Positions 49,851-63,091 of a DNA stretch of 64,000 nucleotides are shown here, piece after piece. The DNA comes from Mobula hypostoma (Eukaryota). The stretch spans positions 29,576,001 to 29,640,000 of the forward strand of contig NC_086097.1 of the NCBI RefSeq assembly GCF_963921235.1, in the 5' to 3' direction. A program made the position numbers and the translations under genes. A model generated the notes under the pieces. It searched no databases. It was not told the origin of the DNA and saw nothing but the letters and a program-made list of their open reading frames with translations. Each line of letters opens with the position of its first letter. The first letter of the stretch is position 1.

Positions 49851-50989
49851 AATGGTATAAGTAAGATTTTGGGTAGCTAAAGGGTTAAATATTTCATTCT
49901 TCTTGTTTCCTCCCCCACAGACTTTCTTTCCTCCTTGTCTCAGCTCCAGATTCTCTGCAGCTTGTGCTGTCTGTTTCCATCTGAGAACCCTTAGCAGCAA
50001 AAGAACAGAATATTAATAGTTGGTTTCTGTGGGAATAATGGCAAAAGTGCAGAGAATATTTTGACCTTATCTTCTCCATTCAATCCACTGTGAACTAATG
50101 GAGGGAGAGAGGGGGAGAGAGACACACACAGGGACAGAGAGGAAGGACCCCAGCTAGTCCGGGATGCAAATGAAAGGAACTCTGTAACAAATACTCATTT
50201 TTCCCCCTTTGTGGGCAGAACCTGTGTGGAAGAGGCTTCAACTTCTGTTTATGAATGAAAGTTATTTATCAGCGGCTTTAGATTAATGAGCAGTGCAAAG
50301 GATTTAAATGGGACATTATAGCATTTCTCAGCAAGACATTGACATTTCTGGCATATAGTGAAAGGTTTTAAAACATAGAACATTACAGCACAGTACAGGC
50401 TCTTCGGCCCACAATGTCGTGCTGCCCTTTTAACCTAATCCAAGATCAATTTAACCCTTTTCCTTCCACATAGCACCCCATTTCTTTTTTCCCCCCCTCT
50501 CTTAAATAAGCTCTCAGTAATGGTAAACAAGAGAAAATCTGCAGATGCTGGAAATCCGAGCAACACACACACACAAAATGCTGGAGGAACTCAGCAGGCC
50601 AGGCAGCATCTATGGAAAAAAGTACAGCTGACATTTTGGGCTGAGACCCTTCAGCAGGACTGGAGAGAAAAAGAGGAAACTCTTAGATAGTGTTTCCAAG
50701 TTTCTAGTCAGGGATATCAGTCAACCAAAACTTTGCAAATACAGCACCACTGAATTAATAAATGAAATTATTTTTTATCCACTAGCAGCGGAGCTAATAG
50801 CAGTACTTGGCAGACAGGGGCTTCCATGGACACCGGCACTGGTGACAGCAGCTTGGCCTTGGCGGCTCAGCTGAAAGACTGGAGAATGCAGGAGGTGCAA
50901 GAGGAAGCAGAGAGCCAAGGCAGAGACAGCACCAGTAGTGAGGACCACGAAGGTGTGTTCATGGGAGGTGGGGGAGTATTAGCAGACCT

Positions 50990-52505
50990 GCCTTGAGTTG
51001 GTAGACTTTACGACATTCAGGGTTTCATCTTTGGATCTGAATGAATATGCCAGAATTGACACCGACTTTATCAAGAGCTGTATGGATGAGCGAGCACCTT
51101 ATAGAGCACACCAGACATACCCCAAACCAAAGGCCATGGAGGGACCAGGAGGTTCATAGCCTGCTGAGGGCGAGATCTGTGCATTCAAGACTGGTGATCC
51201 AGAACTTTTCAAGAAATCTATGTATGACCTATGAAGGGCTATTTTAAGAGCAAAAAAAAAATCTCTCACTGCTGCAGTCAGAGATTCACACCTGCTTCAA
51301 AAGGACAACAATCATTCCAGTGGCCGGGAAGAGCAGGGTGTGCAGCCTCAACGATTATTGTCCAGTTGCACTCATATCCACTGGGATAAAGTACTTTGAG
51401 AGGTTGGTCATGGCCAGTATCAACGCCTGCCTAAGCAAGGACCTGGACCCACTGCAGTTTGCCTAAAGCCACAAAAGGGCTACAGTAGATGCAATCTCAC
51501 TGACTCTCCACTCGGCCTTGGATCACCTGGACAACAGCAATATCTACGTCAGGCTGCTGTTTATTGATCACAGCTCAACATTCAACACAATCATACACAC
51601 AGTACTAATCAACAAGCTCCAAAATCTGGGCCTCTCTACCTCCCTCTGCAACTGGATCCTTGATTTCCTTATCAGGAGACCACAGTCAATGCAGATCAGA
51701 AATAGCATCTCCTCCTCACTGACAACACTGGAACACCTCAACGATGTGTGCTTAGCCCTCTGCTCTACTCTCTCCACACCCATGACTACGTGACTAGGCA
51801 CAACTCAAATGCCATCTGTAAGTTTGCCAATGGCACAACTACTGTTGGCAGAATTTCAGATGGCGATAAGGAGGCCTACAGGAATTAGATCAGCTGTCAC
51901 AACAGTTTTGCACTCAACATCAGTAAGACCAAGGAGCTGATTGTGGACTTCAGAAAGGGGAAATGGAAGGAACACACTTGAATCCTCATTGAGAGGTCAG
52001 CAGTGGAAAGAGTGAGCAGTTTCAAGTTCCTAGGTGTCAGCAGATTTATCCTGGGTTCAACACACAGCACTGATGGCATGGCAGTGGCTATATTTTAAAC
52101 AAAAGCTGCAGAAAGTTGCAACCTCAGCCAGCTTCACCATGGGCACCAGCCTCCCCAGCATTGAGGACATCTTCAAAAGGCAATGTCTCTGAAAAATGGC
52201 ATCTGTCATTAAAAGGACCCCCATCACCCAGGACATGTCCTCTTGGTATTGCTACCATCAAGGAGGAGGTACAGAAGTCCGAAGACACAAACTCAATGTT
52301 TTCAGAACAGCTTCTTCCCCTCCACCATCAGATATCTGAATGGACAATGAACCCATGTACACGGCCTCACTTTTTTTTGCTCTCTTTTTGAACTACTTTA
52401 CTTAATTTATATATAAATTAAATTAATTTCTTATTGTAATTCATTTTTATTTAGCTGCTGCAAAACAACGTATGTCAGTGATGTTAAACCTGATTCTGAT
52501 TCTAA
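50990..52505 (+). mobile_element. Degraded Rex1/Babar LINE
   Basis: PNQRPWRDQEVHSLLRARS and [32 protein letters not shown]; tail ctgattctgattct. Confidence 0.88.
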
Positions 52506-54187
52506 TAATCCTCTTATTATCAGAGTAGTTTAGGTAATACTATGATGGGAGGTATATGGAAGGCTATGGTCCAGGTGCGGGTTGACGGGACTAGACAGAA
52601 TAGCAGTATGGTATAAACTAGATGGGCTGAAGGGCCTGTTTCTGTGCTGTACTGCTCTATTACTCAATGACTCTATGTCATTTACAGTCATTCCTTTGAC
52701 TTAAATATCATGCTACACAATACACTCTGTTATGTTCCACTCTGCACCTGAGCTCTGGCTGTTTACAGTCCCTTAATTCTCATCTGGGATGCCTGAGGTT
52801 TATTCTGAGGTTCACTGGAGATCTCTTCACGGGGATGGGGGGAAGCTGCAGGTCTATGGAAAACATGAGGGAGTGTGGAACCATCTAATCTGCTCTTTGA
52901 AACTGCCGGGACTGACAGCTCAGTTCCGGGTTCTGTCATCACCAGGACACAGGGACTGAGTAAATATGGAAGATCCAATGCATATTCCATTGGATCAAGG
53001 ATCAATGGTCAACTTTATTCAATATAAACATTTACATGATTTAGGGATTTGCTGTGGTGTGTTGGTCGGTGCGTGACACTTAGCAACATTCAACAATTAT
53101 GAAGAAAGCAACGTTCAATAATGATAAAGAATAAAAGAATTACATAAAAATAAGATAGAGGTTAAAGTGCAAACATGGAATAAAATGTGCATTAGTATGT
53201 ACTGTAAATACTAGCAGGTATTTACAATGTAAAATGTGTTATAGAACCGGTTTAAAGTGTTTACAGTGCAGTGCAATAACTGTGGAAATAGAGGGGGGGA
53301 TGTGGGCGCAGGGAACTGCCCAGGGAAGGAACTTTTAAGATGGCACAAAGTTTTTTATTTTAATAGCCAGGAGGAATAACTTTCCAGGAGGAAACGTTTG
53401 GAAAAGTCCGCTTACTGGGTGGGTTGTGTCCTCAATAATTTCCCCTGCTCAATTCTTTGTCCTGGACCCATACAAGTCCTGCAGTGACGGTAGATTACCT
53501 ACCTTTTCTGTCTGACTGAGCTTTGAGCTTGCATGATCTCAGGACTGGGAACGCGGCAACCTCCCCTGGGCTCGGAGACGATCGGTCTTAAAAACAAACT
53601 CCTGGGACGGCATCAGTGTTATTTTGGATGAGATATCCTGTTCATTTGGAGATTGGTGAAGGGAGTTCCTTCCAACGTACTGACAATACTTATACCTGAA
53701 TCAGCCCCACCATGCCAGTTAGTGGGAACTTAGTGTGCACAAAATGGGTGCTGTCTCTCCTGTGTTACAACAGGAACCACCCTTTACTCTTCGGTTGGGT
53801 GACTTACGCAGATTCATAAAATTTTGAGGGACCCAAGTAAATTGCTTGGTCACAGTCTTTTTCCCAGTGTGGGGAATCCCAAACGAAGGGATAGGTTTAA
53901 AGTGAGTCGGGGAAGATTTGAAGAACACACAAGGTGCATCTTTTTCACACAGAGAGTGGCGGGTATATAAAATGTGCTGCCAGAGGAGTCTGAGAGGCAG
54001 ATACAGTAACAACGTTAAAAAGATACTTAGAGAGGTACATGGACAGGAAAAGTTTAGAGGGATATGGGCCAAATGGAGGCAAATGGGACTAGCTTGGTTA
54101 GGCTACTTGTTAGACATGGATCATTTGGCCTGAAGGGTCTTTATCTGTGTGGTATTACACTATGACTGTATGACTACAATAATCCAT

Positions 54188-54491
54188 TGTGCGTCATGCA
54201 GGCTCCTCCCAGTCTCCACCTAGCTAACTGGAGTCACCTGCCACTCGTTTCCAACTCGTCACCTGCAGCCTATTTAAACCCAGCTCTCATCCACAATCCG
54301 TGTTCACTCACTGAACCAGCCAGCATCTCCTAGCCTTCAGTTACCTGTTGCCTTGTTAAGTATCTGTTCTCTTTTGTTTTGTGGACCCTCATGGCTTGGT
54401 ATCTTGCAGCTTATTATAAAAGTTTTCGTTCACCACTAGATCATTTCCGCTGCTCTGCACTTGGGTCTAGCCTCCTCTACATTTCCTGACA
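54188..54491 (+). mobile_element. Partial Gypsy-like LTR
   Basis: TATA-like tatttaaa, polyA-like ttataaaa, and ctgcacttgggtc...cctgaca terminus. Confidence 0.55.
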
Positions 54492-55717
54492 TGTGAACAA
54501 GATCAACTGGTGACCTATTACAATCTCAGCAATTTTATTAAAGTTCAACATACATTGTCAAGCAAACAGTTTCATCCAGGATCTAGAGACCAGAGTTCAA
54601 ATCCCCCCATGGAACTTAAATTGAGTTAACAATCCAAAATTTAAGAAATCAACACCTGAATAATGTTTATAATCATTGATATTTATGAAATTTGTTATTT
54701 TACTGCAGCAATACAATGCACAAACATAAACATTACTAGAAGTAACAAAAATAAATAAATAGTGCTAAAGACACATGAGGTAATGTTTGTGGGTTCATAG
54801 ACCATTCAGAAATCTGATGATAGAGTGGAAGAATTTCTTCCTCAATTGTCGAGTGTGCATCTTCAGGCTCCTGTACGCCCTCCCTGATGGTAGCAATGAG
54901 AGGAAGGCATATCCCAGATGTTGATGGTCCTTAATGACTGATGCCCCACACTTGAGTCTCCACCTTTTGAAAATCTCCACAGTGGTGTTGAGGGTTGTGA
55001 CCATGATGGTGCTGGCTCAGTCTACAGCCTCCTGCAGCCCCTTGTGATCCTGTGCTTTGGGCCCTCCACACCACAGCAAGGTGCAGCCAGTCAGAATGCT
55101 CTCTGCCACGCATCGCTGGAAGTTTGCTAGAGTCTTTGATGACCGCCAAACCATTGAGTTGTTTTAAAACAAAAAGATACCGCAGATGCTGGAAATTGTG
55201 AGCAATACACAGAAAGTGCTGGAGGAACTCAACAGGTCAGGCAGCGTCAATGGGGGAGAACAAACAGTCAATATTTTGGACTGAGACTCTTCATCATTAA
55301 AATCCATCAGCTCACTAATGCCTTTTAAATGCTTCAGCTTTAGTCGGTCTGGAATATGTGTAACTCCAATTGTCACCTGAACCATGGGAAAGATTTAAAG
55401 AGGATGGGAGGGGACAATGGTTATATGTTTTTTTCCTCAATCTCCGGCCCTCTACCAGAAGCCTGGGAGCTTGGGGGCTCAGTGCAGTACCTTTGTTGTC
55501 CCTAGTAGAGCGCTCCTCTGGACCGAGATCTCAGGTGTTCTTCCGGGGTTTGTTGGAGCCACTCTCCCAGTCCAGGTGCCACAGCTCCAGGTGCTCCTAT
55601 CACCACCAGGATCACTCTGGCTTTAACCTTCCACATCCTATCTATCCACTCTTTCAAGCCCTGGTATTTCTCCAGCTTCTCGTATTCTTTCTTCCTGATG
55701 TTACTGACATTCAGGAG

Positions 55718-55774
<57 letters not shown>

Positions 55775-55790
55775 TACACACACACACACA
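55718..55790. repeat. (CA)n microsatellite
   Basis: Visible directly in the sequence. Confidence 0.95.
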
Positions 55791-56704
55791 TATTTATTTA
55801 TATACGGGACGAGCTGCCAGAGGGGTTGGTGAAGGTGGGTACAATTACGGAATTTACCAGGCATTCAGACAGGCACATGGACAGGAAAGGTTTGAATAGG
55901 GACCAAACACAGGCAAACGGGCCTCACTCAGTTTGGCAACAGCTCAGGGTAAAGTAGGGACGGGCATTAAATGCTGCCTCAGCGATGATGTCCAGACTCT
56001 GAGAAACAGAATACTATGGATACACCTTCACCACACGGATCGGGGAAGTCACATCCTGTTTATTCAGAGCAATGCTTGTTTGAATTGCCATCCCCGTGTT
56101 TCATGAATAAATTAAAGAGGTTAATGCCAGGACAGCGAGTATTCATGTGGTTTCACTGAGTCTGCCTTCCCCCAAGATGAGCACTTGTTTTTATTAAATT
56201 GAAAATCAAACGAATTACTTTTGGCTTTTGTTTAAATTTGTTTAAATCACCAGGCTTATAATGGAAACTATGTATCCGCTCAGAAGCCAAGTTGTGTGTT
56301 AAGAGCTCAAACACCTACAGAACCTCTGTGTTAGGAACAGAGTTAATGAAACAATATGTTCTGACTCTAGTTACTCTATTAATGAGGAATGTTCTACGAT
56401 TTACTGTCGTACAGGCACAGAACACCCTCATCCAGGGATAATTAATGGTTGGCATTTTCTTTATAGCACAGACCAGACATGTAAGATACATAATTGTTTA
56501 TGCTCTATGTAAAATCTATCCTCTATGGAGTTATCAAGCTATGTAGAATGGAAACCGGCCCTTTGGCCCATCTTGTATAACCAAGCTAATTCCATGCTCC
56601 TGCATTTGGCCCATATCCCTCTAAACGTTCACCTTTGTCTTGACAAACTTCAGTGAATGCACAGATATCCTTCATAGCCTGGTATGGAAGCAGCAATGAG
56701 TGTA

Positions 56705-57340
56705 GTTATCCACACTGGTTCAGGAGCCTTGTGTTTGAAGTGTAATAGTTGTTCCTGAACCTAGCGGTGTGGGACTTTAAACGTCTGTACCTGCTGCCCA
56801 ATGGCAGCGGCGAGAAGAGAGCCTGGCCTGGATGGTGGGGGTCTTTGATATTGGATGCTGCCTTCTTGTGGAAGTGTTCCTTGTGGATATGCTCAGTGGT
56901 GGGGGTGGGGGGGAGGGCTTTTCCTGTGATGAACTGGGCTGTGTGCACCACTTTTTTTTTGTTGGTTTTTCTGTTCTTGATCATTCATGTTCCCATATCA
57001 GGCTGGGACGTGACCAGGCAGGGTTCTGTCCACCACACACCTATAGAAGTTTGTCAAAGATTTAGATGACATGTCGAAATCTGTGCACATTCTGAGGAAG
57101 TAAAGGTGCTGCCATGCTTTCTTTGTAATGGCACTCACATCCTGGTCCCAGGACAGATCCTCCGAAATGATAATGTCAAAGTATTTAACGTTACTAACGC
57201 TTTCCACCTCCAATATGCTAATGGGGACCTCCGGTGTCCCCCTGTAGTCAATGATCAGCTCTTTGGTTTTGCTAACATTGAGTGAGAAGATGTTGTGGCC
57301 CTGTTCAATTAGAGTTTTAATCTCCCTCCTATATGCCGAT
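56705..57340 (-). mobile_element. Degraded Rex1/Babar 3' part
   Basis: LNVSKTKELIIDY and KKAASNIKDPHHPGQALFSPLPLGSRYRRLK. Confidence 0.85.
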
Positions 57341-57656
57341 TTGGCCAATAAGAGTGATGTCGTCAGCAGGCCACAGGAAAGAGACTGAGGGGCATACTCT
57401 TTCATATACCCCTCATGATTTTGTAAACCTCTGTAAGGTCTCCTGTGCTCCAGGGAAAAAAGAAGACTTGAGAATGGAATAGGAATTAGTTGATTGTTGT
57501 CACATGTAGCAAAATACAGTGAAAAGCTTGTCTTGCATACTGTCTGTACAGATCAGATCATTACACAGTGCACTGAAGGGAGAACAAGGGAAAACAATAA
57601 CGGATTGAATCCATCCTCTCCTTGCTACTCAAGCAATCCATTTGCAGTCCCGGCCA

Positions 57657-57995
57657 TGTTTTACGGTACCGCTGGTCACCGATCCGGGTTCGATTCCCGC
57701 TGGTCACCGATCCGGGTTCGATTCCCACTGCTCTGTGTAAGGAGCTGTATGTTTTACAGTACCACTGATCACCGATCCGGGTTCGATTCCCACTGATCAC
57801 CGATCCGGGTTCGATTCTCGCTGATCACCGATCCAGGTTCGATTCCCGCTGCTCTCTGTCAGGAGTTGTATGTTTTCCCTGTGACCATGTTAGTTTCCTT
57901 TAGATGTTTCAGTTTCCTCCCACAGTCCAAAGACGTGAATTGTGTAATTGGGCTTGTTGGGTTGGAAGGGCCTGTTACCGTGCTTTATCTCAAAG
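57657..57995 (+). mobile_element. V-SINE with tandemly amplified B-box unit (28 bp x5)
   Basis: Units 57671-57698, 57699-57726, 57764-57791, 57792-57819 and 57820-57847 each contain GGTTCGATTC; V-domain and tail follow. Confidence 0.85.
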
Positions 57996-58699
57996 TAAAT
58001 GGATAAATACAAATCATCCAGCCCCCATAACATCTTCCTAAACCTTTATTACTCTCTGCCCATCTTACAAACATCTGTCTGTAGCAGGAAGAGCAGGGCT
58101 GCTGAGCGGAATCTGTTTCACACCTGACAGCTTCTCCAAGCAAGGAATGTCTTACCAAGAGTTGTGTAAGTGCAGAAAGAGAGGACATTCTGGTAACTCA
58201 GGCAGTTTGCTTGTCTCTGTGGGGCAGGTCCTCCCACAGAGAAAAGGACAGACACTAAGGACTGCAGATGCTGCAATGCGCACCAGGTGCTGGAGCAACT
58301 CAGCAGGTCAGGCAGGGATGGGAGAGCACAGAAAGATGCCACCTATCCCATTCTGCACACACACACTCTGGCCATTCTCTCTTCTCCCCACTGCCATTGG
58401 GCCAAAGCATGTACCACCAGGCTCAAGGACAGCTTGTTGCCAGGTTATTGAACAGTCCTGTACTAGGGACTCTTAACCTCACAATCTAACTTGTTATGAC
58501 CTTGCATCTTACTTTGCCTGTGCTGCACATTCCCTGTCACTGAAACACTTCATTCTGCATTCTGTTATTATTTTACATTGTTCTACCTCAATGCACTGGG
58601 CAATGATTTGTTGTGTATGAACAGTAGGCAAGACAAGCCCTTCACTTGGTCCTTGTGACAAAGATAAGCCAGATCCAGTTCCAATTCCCATTCAAGTGG

Positions 58700-58965
58700 A
58701 GTTCGATTCCTGTGGCTGTCTGTAAGGAGTTTGTATGTTCTCCCTGTGATCTGACTGCGTGGGGTCCCCTGCTTTCCTGCCACATTCCAAAGAGGTATGG
58801 GTCAGGGTTCGTAGGTTGTGGCCATGCTATGTTGGCGCCAGAAACATGATGACTCTTCCCAGCACATCCTCAGATTGTGTTGCTCATTGACACAAATGAT
58901 GCATTTCTCTCTGTGTTTTCATGTTTCGATGTACATGTGACAAATAAAGCTAGTCTTAATCTTTG
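58700..58965 (+). mobile_element. V-SINE copy
   Basis: gagttcgattcct B-box, gtaaggagtttgtatgttctccc, tail gtacatgtgacaaataaagctagtctt. Confidence 0.7.
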
Positions 58966-60169
58966 TTCTTTCCAGGTGTTTCAGTGACCACCTTCTGAAA
59001 GTTCCTGTTGTGTCTTTTTCTAACACTATTTCATTCACCGCCTTCCAGATGAGTCAGAGTATAAAAACATATTCCTGCCTGTTGGCTTTGTACCTTAATC
59101 TGGCCAACTCTCATCACTGAGCCTTCTGTCACTGAGAAATGCACTTATTTACATGAAACCCTCATGCTCTCTGCTGCTCCAAGAACAACACATTCATTCT
59201 GAATTATAGAGAAAGGCTGACTAGGTTAGAACTTTATTTCCTGGAGTCTATGAGAATGAGGAGAGACTTGACTGAAGTATACAAAGTTATGAGCTGTATA
59301 GTTAGGGTAAATGTAAGCAGGCTTTTCCCACTGAGGCTGAGTGAGACTATAACTTGAGGTCATAGGTTAATGGTAAAAGGTGAAATAATCATTTGAAAGG
59401 TGGTGAGGGTATAGAACAAGCTATGAGCACAAGTAGTGGATGTGGATTTGACTTTAATATCTAAGAGGAATTTGGATAGGTATTGAGGGCAATGGTCCAG
59501 GTGAGGGTCAATGAGACTAGGCAGAATAACAGTTCAGCATGGACTAGATGGGCTGAAGGGCCTTTTCTGTGTTGTAGTTTTCCTTGTTTGAATTCCCTCA
59601 TAACCAAAGTACTTGTATCTTTCTGGTAAATTCTCTACTCAGAGCATTGAAGCGTACAGCACAGGAAGAGTTCTCTCCCCCACCATTTCCACGCCAGCCA
59701 CAATGCTAATTTAAGCTGGTCCTGACAAGGGTGTGCGGTGACAGCGCAAGTGCAGAGAGAGAGAGAGACACTGAAGCGGGTGAGCAGTTCACTGACCTTT
59801 AATGGGAACTGTTGCAGAATTAAAGGCAAAACAATAAACACCAGACCAACAGGGCTGTTAACTAAAGCTCTCAAACCGTAAGATAATGCCAACACTGTGG
59901 TTCAGACGCAGTAACTTAACACTAAATAAAGGCCGCTCCTTTACAGTGTCAATCTAAACAGTAGTCATTTTCCTGGAACAAGAACAAAGATAAGCAGGGA
60001 GTGCAGCCATCGTTGTGCTTTTGATCATGACTCATCGAGGCTGGAGCAAGAGGAAGAGAGTGAAACACAAATTGTCTGGGACATGCGTACTCACGAGGGT
60101 GATTGCTGATCCCATTCCACAGCGAGGGTGCCCAGACCCCGTGGCAGAGTCCGTAATTACCACTCTAGG

Positions 60170-60835
60170 TGCAGCTCCCGAGGTGCCTGAGACATGTGCC
60201 CACTGGAAATCCCATATGAGACTTACCCAGGCTGGAACCCAGGAACGCTCCTCAGAGCCACATCTCTCCCAAACCACAAGATACTGAGTCCTGCCCAGCA
60301 TCCAGCAAGATGTCAGGAAGTGCTGCACAGGATAGACCAGGGACCCATCTACTAATCGGGAGGGAGTGGTGACTGGAGCAAGGGGGGAGGTAGACACTCG
60401 GTTTGAGCTGGGAAACATGGAACATGGGTGAATCTTCATTGATGATGGTAAGCACAATCTATATGAGACCTTGTTGATATCCTTTTCCACTATGAATGGT
60501 CCCACGTAGCGCGAGGCCAACTTACAGCTCTCAGCTTTCAGAGGCAGATCTCTAGATGCCAGCCAGACTTCTTCCCCTGGCTTGAGAGGTCTCATCAATT
60601 GGCAGAGCTGATCAGCCTGTGGGGCATATTACTTCCCAGTGTGCAGGTCCACATGCACTTGTTGTGCCGGGCCCACTGTCCAGCAGCAGAAACTCCCACG
60701 TCAATTTCTTGGTCAGGGAAGAGTGATGACCGGAGGCTACTGTTAGCAATTTCTGCCCAAACCAGCTGGGAGCTGCAGGTCGTGGGGCTGTAAGAGACAA
60801 GGCAGTGCAGGGTTATCTCCAGCTCCTGATTCACA
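60170..60835 (-). mobile_element. Gypsy chromovirus (sushi-like) pol remnant: integrase C-terminus and chromodomain
   Basis: LKPGEEVWL..KLASRYVGPF..SYRLCLP..IHP / FHVSQLKP..QYLVVW..SEERSWVP. Confidence 0.85.
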
Positions 60836-60837
60836 CT

Positions 60838-61410
60838 CTCAGTCTGGCCATTAGATTGGGGGTGATAGCCAAGTTCAAAGTCAGTTTAATACCAATGGTG
60901 GGGTGGGTTTTACCCGTAATGGACTGGGCCATATTCACTACTTTTTGCAGGATTTTCTGTTCAAGGGCATTGGTGTTTCCGTACCAAGCCCTGAAGCAAC
61001 CAGTCAATATACTCTCCACCACACATCTATAGAAGTTTGTCAAAGTCTTACATGTCATGCTGAACCTTAGCAAACTCGTAAGGGAGTGAAGGTGCTGCCG
61101 GGCTTTCTTCATAATGGCACCTACCTGCTGGGCCCAGGACAGAACCTCTGAAATGACAACTCTGAGGAACGTAAAGCTGCTGACCCTCTCCACCTCTGAC
61201 CCCCAATGAGGACTGGCTCATGGGCCTCCGTGTCCTCCTGAACTCAATAATCAGGTCCTCAGTTTTGCTGCCATTGAGTGAGAGGTTGTTGTTGTGGGAC
61301 CACACAGCCAGATTTTCAATCTCCCTCCTAAATGCTGATTCATTACCCCTTTGATCTGGCCAGCAACAGTGGTGTCATTAGCAAACTTAAGTAAGGCATT
61401 GGAGCTGTGC
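60838..61410 (-). mobile_element. Rex1/Babar fragment interrupting the Gypsy remnant
   Basis: NNNLSLNGSKTEDLIIEF and LTNFYRCVVESILTGCFRAWYGN. Confidence 0.85.
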
Positions 61411-62050
61411 ATAGACAGCCCACTGATGAAATCCTCCGAAAGGCAGTGGGCAGAACAGACCGCCAGGGCGCCGATGTGGTGTCTTGCTCAGGGCACAAGT
61501 GGGACAGGCAGAGACCAACTCATGGACATCCTGGGACATTGGCAACCACCAAAATCATCTCTTTATGAATTCCAGGAGCTGCCGAATTCCTGGATGCCAC
61601 CCATATGGGAAGAGTGACTGTACCCCAACACTCTGGGGCACACGGTGGCAGGGACAAAGAGCAGGTTGGGTGGTCTCCCACCTGGGGCTGAATCCGACTG
61701 TTGGGCAGCCCTCACCCCTGCCTCTGTGTTCCAGATCACCAGAGCACAAAGCATAAGTCAGGAAGGATGCACTCTGGATTGACATTGTCCTCGGAGGTGT
61801 CAAACTGTCAGGAGAGGGCACCAGCCTTTGTACTCCCGCTGCCAGGACGGTAGGTGAGGCTGAAATTAAACCGGCTGAAGAAGTAGCCCAGCGGGCTGGA
61901 TGGGAGTTGATGTCTGGAACGTAGGAGAGGTTCTGGTGATCTGTCCATACCAGAAAGCGGTGCTCTGACCCCGCCAGCCACAGCCGCCATGCTTCTGGGG
62001 CCTCCTTGACAGCCAGAGGTTTTAGATTCCCAACATCGTAGTTACACTGG
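61411..62050 (-). mobile_element. Gypsy pol remnant: RNase H end and integrase N-terminus
   Basis: NYDVGNLKPLAVKEAPEAWRLWLAGSEHRFLVWTDHQNLSY, ARW, FSRFNFSLTYRPGS, HPG. Confidence 0.85.
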
Positions 62051-63091
62051 GCAGGAAAGGAGAGCACTGGGCTTTTCTCTTTGGAGAGAAGGAGGATGAA
62101 AGGTGACTTGGTGGATGTGTACAAGCTGATAAGAGGCATAGATTGAGTGGACAGCCAGAGACTTTTTCCGGGGCAGGAATGGCTGTTACAATGGGCATAA
62201 TTTTAAGGTGATTGGAGGAAAGTATAGAGTTTTTTTTCACAGAGGGGTGACTATGTGCTGCCAGACGTGGTGGTAGAGGCAGATATTTTAGGGACATTTA
62301 AGAGACTCTTGTATAGGGAAATGGATGATAGAAAAATGGTGGGCAGCTATATGTGAGAGGGAAGGGTTTGATTGATCTTTGAGTAGGGGAGAACATACAA
62401 CATCCTGACAGAGCGGTGGAATCGAACCTGGGTCAGTGGTGCTGTAATAGTGTTACGTTGACCGCTACAGTACTTGTATTGCCTCCTAAACCCTTCTCCC
62501 TCCCCACCATCAGATTTCTGAACAGTCCACAAACCCATGACATTATCTCACCATTCCCCTTTACATTGCACTATTTATTTGTGTTATTTACAATAACTTT
62601 TACAGCTTTACACTACTGCTACTGCAAAACAGCAAATTTCATGTTGTATTTGTCAGTGCAATAAACTTGATTCTGGTTCTCATTCTGAAAAGGCCCACAG
62701 TACTCCAGCCTGTCCACACAGTGACACTCCAGCCACTAGCTACGCCTTAATACAATCCTTTCCCACCTGTAACCCCCCCACCCCCCACAGCTTTATGATC
62801 TTCTTATAAATCATTGAAATGAATACCTGAAATCCTGATTTATGATAAAACCATAAGTCCATAAGTCATAGGAGAAGAACTAGGCTATTTGGTCAAGTCT
62901 GCTCCACCATTCGAGCATGGCTGATTTATTTTCCCTGTTCACCCTGAAGAGCTGCAATAGATAGATTAATAATGCTTTCCCTTTCATGACTTCACTTCTG
63001 TTAAAACATCCTTGTGTTATTCCTTCTTTTCTGATAGAAGTTTATAAGATTATGAGAGGCAAGAATACAGTAACCAGATAGTATCTTTCTC

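Noticed and set aside
52972..52996. 9-bp stem hairpin gatccaatg/cattggatc
   Set aside because: Short enough to occur by chance in 64 kb, with no supporting context.
57671..57847. tRNA gene cluster or CRISPR array
   Set aside because: Only the T-arm/B-box part is repeated; no cloverleaf and no spacers, and it continues into a SINE body.
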